Assembly: GCA_026770705.1 (NCBI GenBank)
Contig: JANJGN010000546.1
Coordinates: 1-64,000, forward strand
Direction of reading: 5' to 3'
DNA from: Isurus oxyrinchus
Lineage: Eukaryota
Length of the DNA: 64,000 bases
The translations under genes and the position numbers were made by a program. Below the pieces are notes generated by a model, which ran no database searches, was not told where the DNA came from, and was given only the letters and a program-made list of their open reading frames with translations. This document shows positions 63,701 through 64,000 of the stretch, one piece after another; within the stretch, counting starts at the first letter, position 1; each line of letters starts with the position of its first letter.

Positions 63701-64000
63701 TGGCTGGGGTGGGAACCTGATTGGAGGGATTCAAACATGGAGATCCGGGAAAGATGGGAACGGATTCGGGAGATGGAAACACGTTCAAGGACTTTGGAGG
63801 GGAAAGAGAGGCTGGAGATGGGACGGGGGTTTACACGGACAGTGTGAGGGGTGGAAGGTGTAGTGGGGAGGAGATACTTCACTCAGGGGGGAGGTGTCAT
63901 CACCCCTCAGCTCGGTTTACATTACAGCTATGATGTGGATTCAATCACACACAATAAGCTCATGGATCTGGGAGCAGAAATAGACAAATCATTAAAAATA

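Larger units (their letters stand above)
56980..64000. repeat. Tandem segmental duplication carrying the V-set exon (unit 1 ~56980-60333; unit 2 ~60334 to window end)
   Basis: V exon, CR1 fragment, 32-bp minisatellite and L2 fragment are repeated colinearly. The offset grows from 3354 to 3712 bp through a ~190-bp CR1 deletion in unit 1 and minisatellite length change. Confidence 0.92.

Overview
Vertebrate genomic DNA, most likely a cartilaginous fish (shark-type Deu-domain SINEs plus CR1, L2, Penelope, RTE and Gypsy debris; organism is inferred). The window has two parts. (1) 1-36.7 kb: a tandem macrosatellite of about 3.5 units (landmarks at 1104, 12360, 20675, 28983). Each unit holds a RUNX/ETS-IRF motif cassette, a G-rich tract, a ~90-bp unique core, a variable-length (CCTCAT)-type C-rich tract, CT/CA repeats, SINE and LINE fossils and an LTR-like block. 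All long ORFs here are low-complexity artefacts. (2) 40.5-64 kb, minus strand: a Siglec/MAG-like I-type lectin gene, reconstructed by hand from GT-AG boundaries and intron phases. It has two near-identical V-set exons (both keep the YFFR arginine), five complete C2-type Ig exons (one with an in-frame TGA) plus a remnant of a sixth, an uncharged TM exon and two tandem cytoplasmic tail modules with ITIM-like/ITSM tyrosine motifs (the distal one frameshifted by 1 bp). The leader exon lies outside the window. The most notable point is that the ligand-binding, stalk and signalling modules are each locally duplicated in frame-compatible phases. This could give combinatorial splice isoforms, or it could be decaying duplication debris; sequence alone cannot decide.
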